Shown here: piece after piece, positions 27,558 through 37,267 of the stretch
Layout of the letters: every line of letters begins with the position of its first letter
How positions within the stretch are numbered: position 1 is the first letter of the stretch
Virus record (IMG/VR): IMGVR_UViG_3300021375_000006
Length of the DNA: 64,000 nt
Strand: one strand, 5' to 3'
DNA from: a virus
Taxonomy: Duplodnaviria; Caudoviricetes
The notes under the pieces: model-generated
Seen by the model: the letters and a program-made list of their open reading frames with translations, nothing else
What the model was told of the DNA's origin: nothing
Databases searched by the model: none
Position numbers and translations under genes: made by a program

Positions 27558-29378
27558 TTATCCGTCACATGCCAGACAATCTGGATCTGTAGCGGCTGCG
27601 GCAATATCGCCTCTTAAAACCGATTCAGTTCGCATGTAATAAAGAGTCTTCACTCCCTCTTTGTAAGCCTCTAAGTGTACTTTATTAATAAACTTAGTAT
27701 CGGCCTCTTTTGGGAATGCTAGATTTAAACTTACAGCCTGGTCAACATATTGTTGTCTAACACCGGCTTGTTTTACTAGATCTAGTTGATTAATTTCTTT
27801 AAATGTCTTAAAGATATTCTTTACTGGAATAAAAAGATCTTTATCTTTCTCTTCTAAATTATCAAATTTAGTCTGAGTAATAATATTATCTTTATCTAAA
27901 ATAGAAGTGGCTAGTTTTACATAGTAGTCTTCAATAAAGTCTAGTCCTTGTACAGAACCTCCGTCTTCTAAAATTTTATCCCAAGTTTTCTTAGAGTTTC
28001 TATTGATTAATTTTAAGAATTGCTCTAATACTGGATTCTTTCTAATAAAAGTACCCTTTGCTGTTTGTTCTGTAAACACGTTAGCAGCCCAAGGCTCAAT
28101 ACCTGCAGATACATTACCTGCTAGTTTTGAGTTGCTTACAGTTGGTGCCACGGCTCTCAGGTGAGTGTTTCTCATTCCTGTATTAACACACCATAGAGGT
28201 TCGCCATATTCATGTGCCATATCTCTAGATGCCTTTTCACTTTCCGTCTTTAACTGAGAAAAAATCTTGCGAGTCTCAAATTGAGCTGATAAGCCTTCAA
28301 ATGGAATACCTCTTTCTTGTAAATAAGTATGCCATCCTAAAACTCCAAGTCCTAGAGCTCTACCCTTTTCTGCAGATCTTACCGAGTTCTCAAACCCTCT
28401 CATGAATTTTGCTTTCTGAATAAATTCATCTAACACTCCATCCAGGAACCAAGTTGCTGTATAAACTAAATCAGTATCTTTCCACTCATCATATTTTGCT
28501 AAGTTAACTGAGGATAAACAACAAACAAAAGAGTGAGACTCATCTGTATGTAGAGTAATTTCAGAACAGATATTAGTCATATAAACTTTTAATCCGTTTT
28601 GCTTATACGCTTCTGGGTTTGCTCTATTAATATTACCTTTGAACATTACATAAGGCTCACCAGTTGCTTTTCTCTTTCTAAGTACTGCAACCCATCTTCT
28701 TCTAGCCTCTTTATCTCCAGCGTCAATCTTTTCCATAAAACCGTCAGGTACTACAACACATTGATGTAGGTTTAAAGATTGTCTATTGACATCTCCTTTT
28801 GGTTCTCTAATTTCTAACCATTCCCAGAAATCACCATGTTCAATATCGATATTGACAGATGCAGCTCCTCTTCTTACTGAACCCTGGTTCGTAGCCAAGA
28901 TTGTTGAGTCATAGATTTTAGTAAATGGAACTACACCATCCGATGTACCATTACCGGTAATCTTACTACCTGCTGGTCTGATTTGATTGATACCAATACC
29001 TACTCCACCACCATGTTTTGCTAATAACATCATCTCTAAGTTTTTAGATCCAATGTCGTGAATAGAGTCTGCTACGTCGATACCAAAACAAGAAATTGGA
29101 AGTCCTCTTTCTAGTCCTGTATTAGATAAAACTGGAGAGGCTAGGTTCAACCAGCCTTTCCAGATATAATCAAAAAATTTGCTTGCTAATTCAGGTTTAC
29201 CTAAACGTCTTGCTACTGTAGTTGAAACTCTCCAGTATGCGTCCTTTGGTTTCTCGTCACCAAATAGGTAACCTGCTGATATTGTTTTAACATAAACTTC
29301 GGTGTTTGCCCAAAGTGGAAAGTCCACTCCCAGTTCCCAACCGAGATGTTCTCCTTGGTTTTTTATTTTGTCTGCCAT
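27558..29378 (-). CDS. nrdA: Class Ia ribonucleotide reductase alpha subunit (no ATP cone evident)
   Basis: PISCF, VRRGAA, NICSEI, CCLSSVNL, APTVSNS, GIEP, KTLYY, C-terminal CLAC. Confidence 0.97.
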   Translation of the reverse strand: MADKIKNQGEHLGWELGVDFPLWANTEVYVKTISAGYLFGDEKPKDAYWRVSTTVARRLGKPELASKFFDYIWKGWLNLASPVLSNTGLERGLPISCFGIDVADSIHDIGSKNLEMMLLAKHGGGVGIGINQIRPAGSKITGNGTSDGVVPFTKIYDSTILATNQGSVRRGAASVNIDIEHGDFWEWLEIREPKGDVNRQSLNLHQCVVVPDGFMEKIDAGDKEARRRWVAVLRKRKATGEPYVMFKGNINRANPEAYKQNGLKVYMTNICSEITLHTDESHSFVCCLSSVNLAKYDEWKDTDLVYTATWFLDGVLDEFIQKAKFMRGFENSVRSAEKGRALGLGVLGWHTYLQERGIPFEGLSAQFETRKIFSQLKTESEKASRDMAHEYGEPLWCVNTGMRNTHLRAVAPTVSNSKLAGNVSAGIEPWAANVFTEQTAKGTFIRKNPVLEQFLKLINRNSKKTWDKILEDGGSVQGLDFIEDYYVKLATSILDKDNIITQTKFDNLEEKDKDLFIPVKNIFKTFKEINQLDLVKQAGVRQQYVDQAVSLNLAFPKEADTKFINKVHLEAYKEGVKTLYYMRTESVLRGDIAAAATDPDCLACDG

Positions 29379-29387
29379 AATTTAATT

Positions 29388-30389
29388 TTAGTCGAATAAG
29401 TCGTCTTCGTCCCAGTTTTCACCTTCGCCAGCTTTAGAATAATCTGTAGATCTGATAGCGAAGAAATCTGTGTGGGTATGACCACCAGTTAAGTGGTAGA
29501 ACCAATCCAGTTCTCCAGCAGAATCTTCATCGTAATCGAATGCTGGTTCGTAACCAAGCTCTTGTAACTTTTCGTTAACTCTCTTAGTGATAAAGTTCTT
29601 AAGGTCTTTAGCTTTTAAGTTATCTAGATCTCCTTGTTCGAACATCTTATCGATAAACTTATGCTCTAATTCCTTAATAAGCTCTCCTGCTTTTAATACG
29701 TCGGATTGTACTGATTGTTTCAAGTCTGGGTACTCTTCACACATGTGTCTAAATAATCTACAACCCATTCTAGAGTGTAGAGATTCATCACGTACTGACC
29801 ACTTCATTTGTTGGCCAACACCTTTTAATAAGTTTCTCATTTGGAATGAGTATAAAACTGCAAAAGAACTATAGAGTGAGCAACCCTCTGCAAACGCCGA
29901 AAAAATAGCAAGAGATCTAGCAACCTCTTTTCTAGCGGTCGCATTAAACTTCAAATCTTCGTGAGTATAAGGAGCTGTTGTTTGAGTTAATAGTTCAAAT
30001 TTATCTGCAGTTGCAGGTTCATGTAAAAATGCTTCAAAGTCTTCAAGACCTAATGTCTCGTTTAAGTACGAGTATGCTGTTGCGTGGATAGTTTCCTGCG
30101 AGCCAAACATCATTGCCATCTGTTTGATTTCATGTTTTGGAAACCAAGTTGTAACATATTGAGTCCAGTAATCTGATACAGCACATTCGGTTTGAGCAAA
30201 ACCTAATAGGATATTACCTACTAAGTGTTTTTCGTGAGGTAAAAGATTTTCATTCCAATCTTTAACATCACCCTGCATTGAGATTTCTGTGTGTAACCAA
30301 AAGGCTTGGGCTTGTTTTAGCCAACCTTCTGTATAATATTCTGGATATTCAAATGGTTTAAAGGCAATTCTTTCTGTGAATAATGACAT
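29388..30389 (-). CDS. nrdB: Class Ia ribonucleotide reductase beta subunit
   Basis: FKPFEYP, W..TEI, ETIHATAY (radical Tyr), EGCSLYSSF, RDESLH, DFFA. Confidence 0.97.
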   Translation of the reverse strand: MSLFTERIAFKPFEYPEYYTEGWLKQAQAFWLHTEISMQGDVKDWNENLLPHEKHLVGNILLGFAQTECAVSDYWTQYVTTWFPKHEIKQMAMMFGSQETIHATAYSYLNETLGLEDFEAFLHEPATADKFELLTQTTAPYTHEDLKFNATARKEVARSLAIFSAFAEGCSLYSSFAVLYSFQMRNLLKGVGQQMKWSVRDESLHSRMGCRLFRHMCEEYPDLKQSVQSDVLKAGELIKELEHKFIDKMFEQGDLDNLKAKDLKNFITKRVNEKLQELGYEPAFDYDEDSAGELDWFYHLTGGHTHTDFFAIRSTDYSKAGEGENWDEDDLFD

Positions 30390-30554
30390 TTGCTAATTCT
30401 TTATTTTTTATGGTTTTCTAATTAATTTAATAAAAGGGTCATTTAGACTAAAAAAGGTCTATCCGACCTCATTTAACCTCTACTTAAACCTAATAAATTA
30501 TTAGCAGCGCTGCTATTAGATTATATATCTTTGCGCTGCAGGAATTTATTGACT

Positions 30555-31961
30555 TTAGAGGTTAAATTTTTTTTCGATTTCATGCGCTTTTTCATAATAT
30601 GTGTAAGAAGTTTTCTTATAGTCTTTTCTTTGGTCATATAGATCTGCTAAAATCTTTTTAAGAATACTATCTTTCTTCTGATATACTACGCCATTCTCAC
30701 AAACAATTACTGATTCATCTTTACGACGCTCAGCTATTTGCGATTCCTCTACCATTTCAACGAATGAATCAGGTGAGATATTAAACTGCCTCATGATGGA
30801 TGGATATAGCGATGCGAAGTCAAATGCACTCACACCACCATAATATCCAACAATTGGTTGTTTAACAAAAGCACCCTCGTACTTACTATCCTTCTTACCA
30901 TCCTCTTTGTCGTATTCTACACCGATACGTTTACCCTGTTCGGTTAGTTTACGAGCCATTAGAGATTCGGTAACAGCCACTGGTGAAGCGGCTTTATATA
31001 GAGGCATTCTAGTTATTGTTGCTAAAGTAAGCAGTACTTCCATCGATCTAAGCTTTTGATCGATATAGTAAACTAGACAGGAGTCAACCACATTATAGAA
31101 AACATACTTTTGAAAGTCGTTTTCATAGAGGTCTTGTAAGCTACCACTATATTGTATTTTACTTATACCCTCAAGGACTGCACCAGAAACAAATGCTAAT
31201 GCATTAGATTCTTTTACTGCAACCGATCTATCATATTTATCGTACAATTGCATGTAGTCCAAAATACCCATGTGAAGTGGGCGAGAGTCTTTTTTATCAA
31301 GAGCACCAGTACAAGCAACTTCTGTTAAATCAATTTGTAAGATTTTACATCTGTTGACAATATACTGCCAGTCATAATTGATAAAATTCCAACCTGTCAT
31401 CATAGGAAATTTAGGTAAAAACTTATGCAAGAAAGCGTAGACCATGTCATATTCATTCTTGAATTTGTAATAACTAAATTCCCAATCAGTATCATACCCA
31501 TTAAAATGAGCATTTGTATCGGATTCAATCTTATTAATTTGATCGGCCGAAAGATCTTTAAGACCCAATACAATTGCTTTTCTTTCTGGAGTAATAATAG
31601 AAAAGGTTAAGATTCTAGACTTAGCCTCTTCAGGTTTCGGGAAGCCATCAACAATCTCTGTCTCAATATCGACAAAGTATGTTCGTGGCATATTGAACTC
31701 AAAGATTTCATCTTGGTCTTTTTGTGGTAGACCATCCATGAAATAAAGAAGTGAAAACTTATTAAAAGATCTAGAGATAGACTTCTTAACATGGCGACCA
31801 TCCCAGTTTCTAGCTGTTGCGTCTTTCCATCTATCGTTATCTTTAGCTACAACCCAGTTTTGAAACTTGTCAATGTTGTATCTTTTAAAGGCAACTTCAC
31901 CCTGTTTATCGTAATATGATACGATTACTTCTTTCTCTTTTTGTTCAATATCTAATAGCAT
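30555..31961 (-). CDS. Family B DNA polymerase, N-terminal part (gp43A: 3'-5' exonuclease, motif A)
   Basis: FVDIET (ExoI), TGWNFINYDWQY (ExoII), YNVVD (ExoIII), YEGAFV, FDFASLYPSIMRQFNISPD (motif A). Confidence 0.93.
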   Translation of the reverse strand: MLLDIEQKEKEVIVSYYDKQGEVAFKRYNIDKFQNWVVAKDNDRWKDATARNWDGRHVKKSISRSFNKFSLLYFMDGLPQKDQDEIFEFNMPRTYFVDIETEIVDGFPKPEEAKSRILTFSIITPERKAIVLGLKDLSADQINKIESDTNAHFNGYDTDWEFSYYKFKNEYDMVYAFLHKFLPKFPMMTGWNFINYDWQYIVNRCKILQIDLTEVACTGALDKKDSRPLHMGILDYMQLYDKYDRSVAVKESNALAFVSGAVLEGISKIQYSGSLQDLYENDFQKYVFYNVVDSCLVYYIDQKLRSMEVLLTLATITRMPLYKAASPVAVTESLMARKLTEQGKRIGVEYDKEDGKKDSKYEGAFVKQPIVGYYGGVSAFDFASLYPSIMRQFNISPDSFVEMVEESQIAERRKDESVIVCENGVVYQKKDSILKKILADLYDQRKDYKKTSYTYYEKAHEIEKKFNL

Positions 31962-32425
31962 TAATATCCTCGGTTTTGACGGTCATGGTTTTCTGCATTC
32001 TTTGCCATGTACAGGTTAACAATATCTTTACTTGTCATACCGATAGAAATTGCAAAGTTCATATAGAAATGCAAACCATCAATCCATTCATAGAATAATT
32101 CTAATTTATCAGCTTCAGAAAGATCTTCGATCTTCATTTCGGCTGCTTGAGCATTAGTACTCTTCCAGTATTTCCATGCACCTGAGGCAATACCGTCGTT
32201 GATACCTCCAAGGGCATCAAACATTTCATTTAATTCGTCTGACATTGCGTGTTTATTTACACACCAAAAGTCTGCGATTTGTTTTAAGTTCCAACCTGTA
32301 AAGTCGAAACCTAAACGCTTTTGTAGTTCCACTTGCTTATTATAGATTAAGCCAAGTGTGTCTTCCGCTTCTGAATGAAAGTCTTGGACTTCCAAATCTG
32401 CACATTTGTTATCTGCGTTCGCCAT
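31961..32425 (-). CDS. Dimeric (all-alpha) dUTPase / dCTPase (gp56-like)
   Basis: ELNEM...WKYWK...EWIDGLHF...Y..KNAENHDRQ. Confidence 0.85.
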   Translation of the reverse strand: MANADNKCADLEVQDFHSEAEDTLGLIYNKQVELQKRLGFDFTGWNLKQIADFWCVNKHAMSDELNEMFDALGGINDGIASGAWKYWKSTNAQAAEMKIEDLSEADKLELFYEWIDGLHFYMNFAISIGMTSKDIVNLYMAKNAENHDRQNRGY

Positions 32426-32454
32426 ATATTTTTATTTAATTGTTATAGTTAGAT

Positions 32455-33351
32455 TTACTTATCTGTTTCAAGTATTTCGCCCCAAGCTCTTTCGGACTTT
32501 GTTAACGATTTTGTGTTAATATCTTTTGGTTTTGGATCTCCACCTACATTCCAGAACCAGGCACCAGGAGATCCATGTTTAGTCATGAACTCCCAAGCTT
32601 TAGCATCGTAGTTCATAGCCGATGGGAATGGTGGATTATACTGTGGGTCTACATCTTGTGTAAATGCTTTTGGATGAGACCATATAGTTGCATTACCTCT
32701 TTCACCCTTCTTGATATTTCTTGCTACTGCAACTGCGTTAAACTTAGCGTCAGGCCAAGCTATTTGTAAAGAGCGTTGTAGAACTCCCGTAGAGATCGCT
32801 GACCATACTTCTTCTGGATAACCATATTTCTCTGCAAGATCGTGCGCGACCTTCACAGCGGCTGCTGTAACCAATTCATGGCGAAGTCCTAAAGGAATAA
32901 AAAATGCTCCGTTATCTTCTGCCCATTTCTTAGCATGAGCATTTAAGACTGGCATTGCTGCGATTCTCTTGAATTTCATTTCAGCTCCCATCTCAACACA
33001 AATTGCCTGATGGTCTGAAATCTCTTTTTGACTTGGACTAAATAGTACAAGTTTCTTATTATACTTATTTGCTAGGTATGCAAGTGAGATACCTGCAAAT
33101 CCATATCTAGGTTGAACATAGACTAGAGTATCTTGTTTACAAGTACTAACTAGAATATCTCCAAATCTACACTTAGAACCAAAACCCATTAGGTCTTCTC
33201 TGACTACTTTAAATCCATCATGGTCTACTAATTGTGGAGCCTCAAATGGATCTTGCCAATCACCTGCTAAATCCAACCATGCCTGTTTATTCGGCATCAT
33301 CAGATTTAGATCCTGGTTCATAAGTATATCTGTGTGTTTATTATGCGCCAT
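32455..33351 (-). CDS. PLP-dependent enzyme, fold type II (Trp synthase beta / cysteine synthase-like)
   Basis: VVREDLMGFGSKCR (PLP lysine), GFAGISLAY, FFIPLG, SAISTGVL, WFWNVG. Confidence 0.75.
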   Translation of the reverse strand: MAHNKHTDILMNQDLNLMMPNKQAWLDLAGDWQDPFEAPQLVDHDGFKVVREDLMGFGSKCRFGDILVSTCKQDTLVYVQPRYGFAGISLAYLANKYNKKLVLFSPSQKEISDHQAICVEMGAEMKFKRIAAMPVLNAHAKKWAEDNGAFFIPLGLRHELVTAAAVKVAHDLAEKYGYPEEVWSAISTGVLQRSLQIAWPDAKFNAVAVARNIKKGERGNATIWSHPKAFTQDVDPQYNPPFPSAMNYDAKAWEFMTKHGSPGAWFWNVGGDPKPKDINTKSLTKSERAWGEILETDK

Positions 33352-34570
33352 AAAATTCTGCTACTTTTTTCTTATATGCTTCTACTGTTAAACCAGCTTC
33401 TGCAATTATTTTATCATCACTAGGATGGTGTTTCATTCCGTTAAATGTTTCTACTAGACCTAAGTCTAACATTGCCTTTTGTCTACCGAATGGATGGTCT
33501 TTAATTACTGAAGAATTCCATACGCCGTCCATATCAATATGTGCATAGTCAGCTCCTGGTCTCATGTAATTCTCAATCCATCTAATAAAGTCACATGCTA
33601 CGTCCTCTGCATTATACGGCAGAGAACCTGTCTGTTCATATATTTTTGTCATCACTGCATCTAGGAAAGGTTCTGATTTTTTACCTTTACCTTCTACGGG
33701 ATCTGCAAGGTAACCAATACATTCTATTGCATTCGTACCATAGTAGAACATTGATTCCCTGTTAACATACTGTGGAAACCAATCTGCTATATCTGCTAAA
33801 ACTGCTGCATATTGGAATTTATATTGTCTTAATCCGTTTGCAACATTCCAATCAAACATCCATTGACCCAATTCTCTTAGGTCTTTCTTACCACCCTCTT
33901 CTAAGAACTTAGCCATGTCTCTAGCTAAGCGTGGTGCGAATTCACATAGGAAATAGTCGCCGCCTCTCTTGTAAGTAAACTGAGGGCCTTCGAACCCCGT
34001 CATCCCAACAAAGACTTCCTCGTTTTGCTGTGGAATCGGGGGTTTTGGGAAAGCTGGGAATTGATACCCAACAGAAGTGTAGAATGACTTGGTTGCTGCT
34101 TTCACTTGCTCACACATTTGTTCTATAGAATCAGATTGCCACAAGTCGAATAGTAGCGTGTTGTGATAGCCACTTGGTTTAGTAGCATAGTTAATTGCAG
34201 ATCCACATACTCTGTGCAGGATGAATATGTAGAGCCATTCTGGTAGGCCGAAGACTTCTTGTTTACCGGTCCAATTGGTAGCGACATCTTTGCGCTGTTC
34301 CGTAACTAAACCAGCCTGCATTCTTGACCAATACGGATGTGCTTCAGTCCAACCGTAAAAAACATCATTCACGATTTGACTAAACCCAGCATACTTCCTT
34401 TCAACCACATCATACAGCTCGATATGTTCCATCAGCGGATCGTCCATCCCGGACTCGGCATGTGGAATGTGGCCTAGGTTACTCTTTTTCTGCTGGTCTA
34501 AGGCTAACTCATAATACCTGATAAACTCATCATAGTATTTAGTAGTCTTAATTTTACACGTCGTACTCAT
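33341..34570 (-). CDS. Putative amino acid/amine:DNA transferase (aGPT-Pplase-like)
   Basis: DPLMEHIELYDVVERKYAG aligns by eye with aGPT-Pplase1 DPIL..Y.F.NV.RE.D; ILHRVCGS; C-terminal NAEDVACDFIRW resembles .IE..LCE..KY; coupled to the PLP enzyme gene. Confidence 0.6.
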   Translation of the reverse strand: MSTTCKIKTTKYYDEFIRYYELALDQQKKSNLGHIPHAESGMDDPLMEHIELYDVVERKYAGFSQIVNDVFYGWTEAHPYWSRMQAGLVTEQRKDVATNWTGKQEVFGLPEWLYIFILHRVCGSAINYATKPSGYHNTLLFDLWQSDSIEQMCEQVKAATKSFYTSVGYQFPAFPKPPIPQQNEEVFVGMTGFEGPQFTYKRGGDYFLCEFAPRLARDMAKFLEEGGKKDLRELGQWMFDWNVANGLRQYKFQYAAVLADIADWFPQYVNRESMFYYGTNAIECIGYLADPVEGKGKKSEPFLDAVMTKIYEQTGSLPYNAEDVACDFIRWIENYMRPGADYAHIDMDGVWNSSVIKDHPFGRQKAMLDLGLVETFNGMKHHPSDDKIIAEAGLTVEAYKKKVAEFYGA

Positions 34571-34736
34571 TCACTTCTAGTATTTCCCAATTTAAGGCTC
34601 TCCGGTTTCTTTGATATTGTTCCATCGACCATTCAATATTGTCTGTTGTCAACTCAATAGTATATGGAGCATCTCCGCGACCGTAAGTTTTTTCTATTGC
34701 AAGATTAGGTGTTATTTTAATTTTATATGTTTTCAT
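34554..34736 (-). CDS. Small hypothetical protein
   Basis: 60 aa ORF, coupled. Confidence 0.65.
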   Translation of the reverse strand: MKTYKIKITPNLAIEKTYGRGDAPYTIELTTDNIEWSMEQYQRNRRALNWEILEVNEYDV

Positions 34737-34909
34737 ATTTGGTTGCCAAGTATCTGTCTCGTATTTAATTCAGAAGCTATTGCAGCTGCTGCCGATAACA
34801 GATGATTAAGGTTATGCTTTAATAAACTATCAGAGATATTCTCATCTCCATAAGTCTGTAAACTATTATGTGCAATTTCTACACTTTGTTTAATACCGTT
34901 TATATCCAT
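34733..34909 (-). CDS. Small hypothetical protein (58 aa)
   Basis: Translated by hand: MDINGIKQSVEIAHN...RQILGNQI; ATGA overlap with the next gene. Confidence 0.65.
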   Translation of the reverse strand: MDINGIKQSVEIAHNSLQTYGDENISDSLLKHNLNHLLSAAAAIASELNTRQILGNQI

Positions 34910-34919
34910 ATTATTATTT

Positions 34920-35084
34920 TTAATTATTCCATCTTCTTAAGATATTCCAAACAATTAATATATTACAAATTACAGCCTGTAATACAATAAGAGTCCTAAA
35001 TATCGCAACAGCATCTGCTTGTTTATCGTCCTCTCCGGCTTTTTCACCAAGCGCTCTTGCCCAGTACTTCCAAAGCTTTTTCAT
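34920..35084 (-). CDS. Small single-pass membrane protein (54 aa)
   Basis: MKKLWKYWARALGEKAGEDDKQADAVAIFRTLIVLQAVICNILIVWNILRRWNN. Confidence 0.7.
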   Translation of the reverse strand: MKKLWKYWARALGEKAGEDDKQADAVAIFRTLIVLQAVICNILIVWNILRRWNN

Positions 35085-35085
35085 T

Positions 35086-36162
35086 TTAGAAAAGTGCTTG
35101 AGTTACTGGCTTTAATTTCTGATTGGGTTCATCTTTTACTAAATCCCAACGATAATACTCACGAGCGATATGAACTGACTTAGGCTTTTCCATTACGTCA
35201 AATGTTAACTCTCCAAAAGAGTTTAAAAAGACTGCTGGGTGTTGCCATGTTAACCATCCATTTCTCTCGCACATTGCTTCTACTAACTTGTTAAATTCTT
35301 TTACAAGTTCAGTTCTCTCTGCCCAAGTACCAGCAAAAGGAGTACCTTTATAGTAGCCGGTTTTTGGTAGAGGTCTAGACTCATTCTCAATTGGAAGAGC
35401 CTGAATAACTTCAATATTTTCGATTTCTAAATCGATTAATTGTTTTTCATAATTAGATACCATATCCTTTAAAGATTTCGATGGATTATCTTGTCTCATT
35501 AGGTGGTGTCTTATATCTATATTCCCTAGATATATGCGTAGTGTTGTAATATTTTCTGGTACATAAGATCTAATACCTCTTCTTAAAGTTCCAAAAAGAG
35601 TTAGGCCATCATGTCTATCAGTCATGTAGCCGGGTGTATATTGGCTAAAACTATGTGAGTCTCCAAAACAGAGTTTATCTGTATTTTGTATTCTATCTAC
35701 TTTAGGAATACTAGCACATATTGCCTTAGCTTCTTCTATTTGTGTCTCAAGTGTTTTAAAAAGATCTGAACCTGTCTTTAAACGTTTCTCAATTAGAGTA
35801 CCTACACAAGGCATATCATGGTGGAGCGAATACATTCGTATACCGGGAGCGAACATTCTAATGATTTGATGGTATAAGTCATCGTTCGCCCCACCGAAGA
35901 TATTAAAATTGCCTTTAAATTCCATTCCGTGTTCAATAAGAATCACGTCGAAATCGTCTGCCTTCCAAGCTGAGTTATCTGTAATTATAGAAACATTGGA
36001 GTAACCAGCATGTTTTAATTGATTTGCTAGATGGAATGCCCATCCAGATTTATGTGAAGTTAGTTTGCTACTAAGTTTTCCAACTAGTGCAGAAATACCG
36101 ACACGTATATTAGTGTCTTTCTCTAGATCTGTAAAATAGACTAGGTTATTATTTGTCTCCAT
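35086..36162 (-). CDS. Protein with C-terminal SGNH/GDSL-like hydrolase domain
   Basis: CFGDSHS (block I Ser), GLTL (block II), YLGNID (block III), C-terminal EKPKSVH (catalytic His candidate). Confidence 0.6.
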   Translation of the reverse strand: METNNNLVYFTDLEKDTNIRVGISALVGKLSSKLTSHKSGWAFHLANQLKHAGYSNVSIITDNSAWKADDFDVILIEHGMEFKGNFNIFGGANDDLYHQIIRMFAPGIRMYSLHHDMPCVGTLIEKRLKTGSDLFKTLETQIEEAKAICASIPKVDRIQNTDKLCFGDSHSFSQYTPGYMTDRHDGLTLFGTLRRGIRSYVPENITTLRIYLGNIDIRHHLMRQDNPSKSLKDMVSNYEKQLIDLEIENIEVIQALPIENESRPLPKTGYYKGTPFAGTWAERTELVKEFNKLVEAMCERNGWLTWQHPAVFLNSFGELTFDVMEKPKSVHIAREYYRWDLVKDEPNQKLKPVTQALF

Positions 36163-36481
36163 ATCCAGCGTCTGCGTCAGTTAAATTAATTGGCTTTTCA
36201 GTTTCACCATAGCCATACTTCTTAATATAATTGTCAAGACCGCCGATGTATGCGACGGCATCTAGAAGATTATCTTCTTTATAGTTGTAAGAATGTCTGC
36301 TTAATTTAAGTGCGACAAGTGCTGCATACATATCGGAACCTGACCATTCTTTACCGGTCATTCCTGAACAGATCATCGCGGCACGTCTCATGCCTTCTTC
36401 GAAAGGACCGTACATACGTTCTTTCTCTTCGGATCTGTTGTTAATAATTTCGTCTGCTGTTTTTAGAATGTTCTTGCTCAT
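36149..36481 (-). CDS. DUF6378-like small phage protein (possible nucleotide-metabolism role)
   Basis: ILKTADEIIN.R...YGPF...ALKLSR...DNLLDAVAY pattern. Confidence 0.6.
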   Translation of the reverse strand: MSKNILKTADEIINNRSEEKERMYGPFEEGMRRAAMICSGMTGKEWSGSDMYAALVALKLSRHSYNYKEDNLLDAVAYIGGLDNYIKKYGYGETEKPINLTDADAGYGDK

Positions 36482-36534
36482 AAAATAACTAATTAAATCT
36501 TAATTATTATAGAGAAGAATGCTAGTTTGTTTCA

Positions 36535-37218
36535 CTAATTAATATTAATATGGATAATAACTTCGTTGTAGTATTCTAGGAAACGTTCGTTCCATAGGTT
36601 CCATTTAATATCAGTACCATCTATTGCATAAATTTCATGGTTAGGGAAAAGTTTAAGATATAAATCTCTAAAATGTCTGAATTTTTCTTTAGACTCTGGT
36701 GTGTTTAGATGCCACTCTCCGACTACAAAATCTACATTATCTTTTATCCAAAATAAATTATCGACGTTAAAAATATCATATTCTCCTCCTTCGCAATCTG
36801 TTTTTAAGAAGTTAATTCTATCAATATTATTTTCTTTTATTAGGGTATCGAACCTAATAGATGGTATTTCTATATTTTGTCCATTAGCACCAAATACTTC
36901 ACTAATAGTAATAGTACCATCTACTGGTCCGATACCCTTTTCAATAATGGTTACATTATCTTGGTATACATTTTCCTTTAGAGTCTCATGTTCTAAATGA
37001 GATGGCTCTACGCAAATAACTTGTTTTGGATCTTTATTAAGAATACTATATGTAAATGGACCGATGCTTGCTCCTATATCTAAAACAACATCATCGGCTT
37101 TTACCTCTCTAACCTGTTCATAACATTTATCAATAAAGATCTCTTGAACTAAAGAGTTTTTATGCATTTTAGCTAGATTGGTAAATTCGTCCATCCAGCC
37201 CCACTTAAAAATAGCCAT
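36535..37218 (-). CDS. FkbM-family SAM-dependent methyltransferase
   Basis: VVLDIGASIGPF, CVEP, FLKTDCEGGEY. Confidence 0.9.
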   Translation of the reverse strand: MAIFKWGWMDEFTNLAKMHKNSLVQEIFIDKCYEQVREVKADDVVLDIGASIGPFTYSILNKDPKQVICVEPSHLEHETLKENVYQDNVTIIEKGIGPVDGTITISEVFGANGQNIEIPSIRFDTLIKENNIDRINFLKTDCEGGEYDIFNVDNLFWIKDNVDFVVGEWHLNTPESKEKFRHFRDLYLKLFPNHEIYAIDGTDIKWNLWNERFLEYYNEVIIHININ

Positions 37219-37267
37219 ATAATTTTATTGGTATTATCTAGTTATACTCAAGAATGCTAGTTTGTTT

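Noticed and set aside
25464-31961. Polymerase interrupted by an intron or intein, or pseudogenised
   Set aside because: The intervening DNA holds intact clamp, nrdA and nrdB genes; no intron core, homing nuclease or intein termini; all catalytic motifs are intact.
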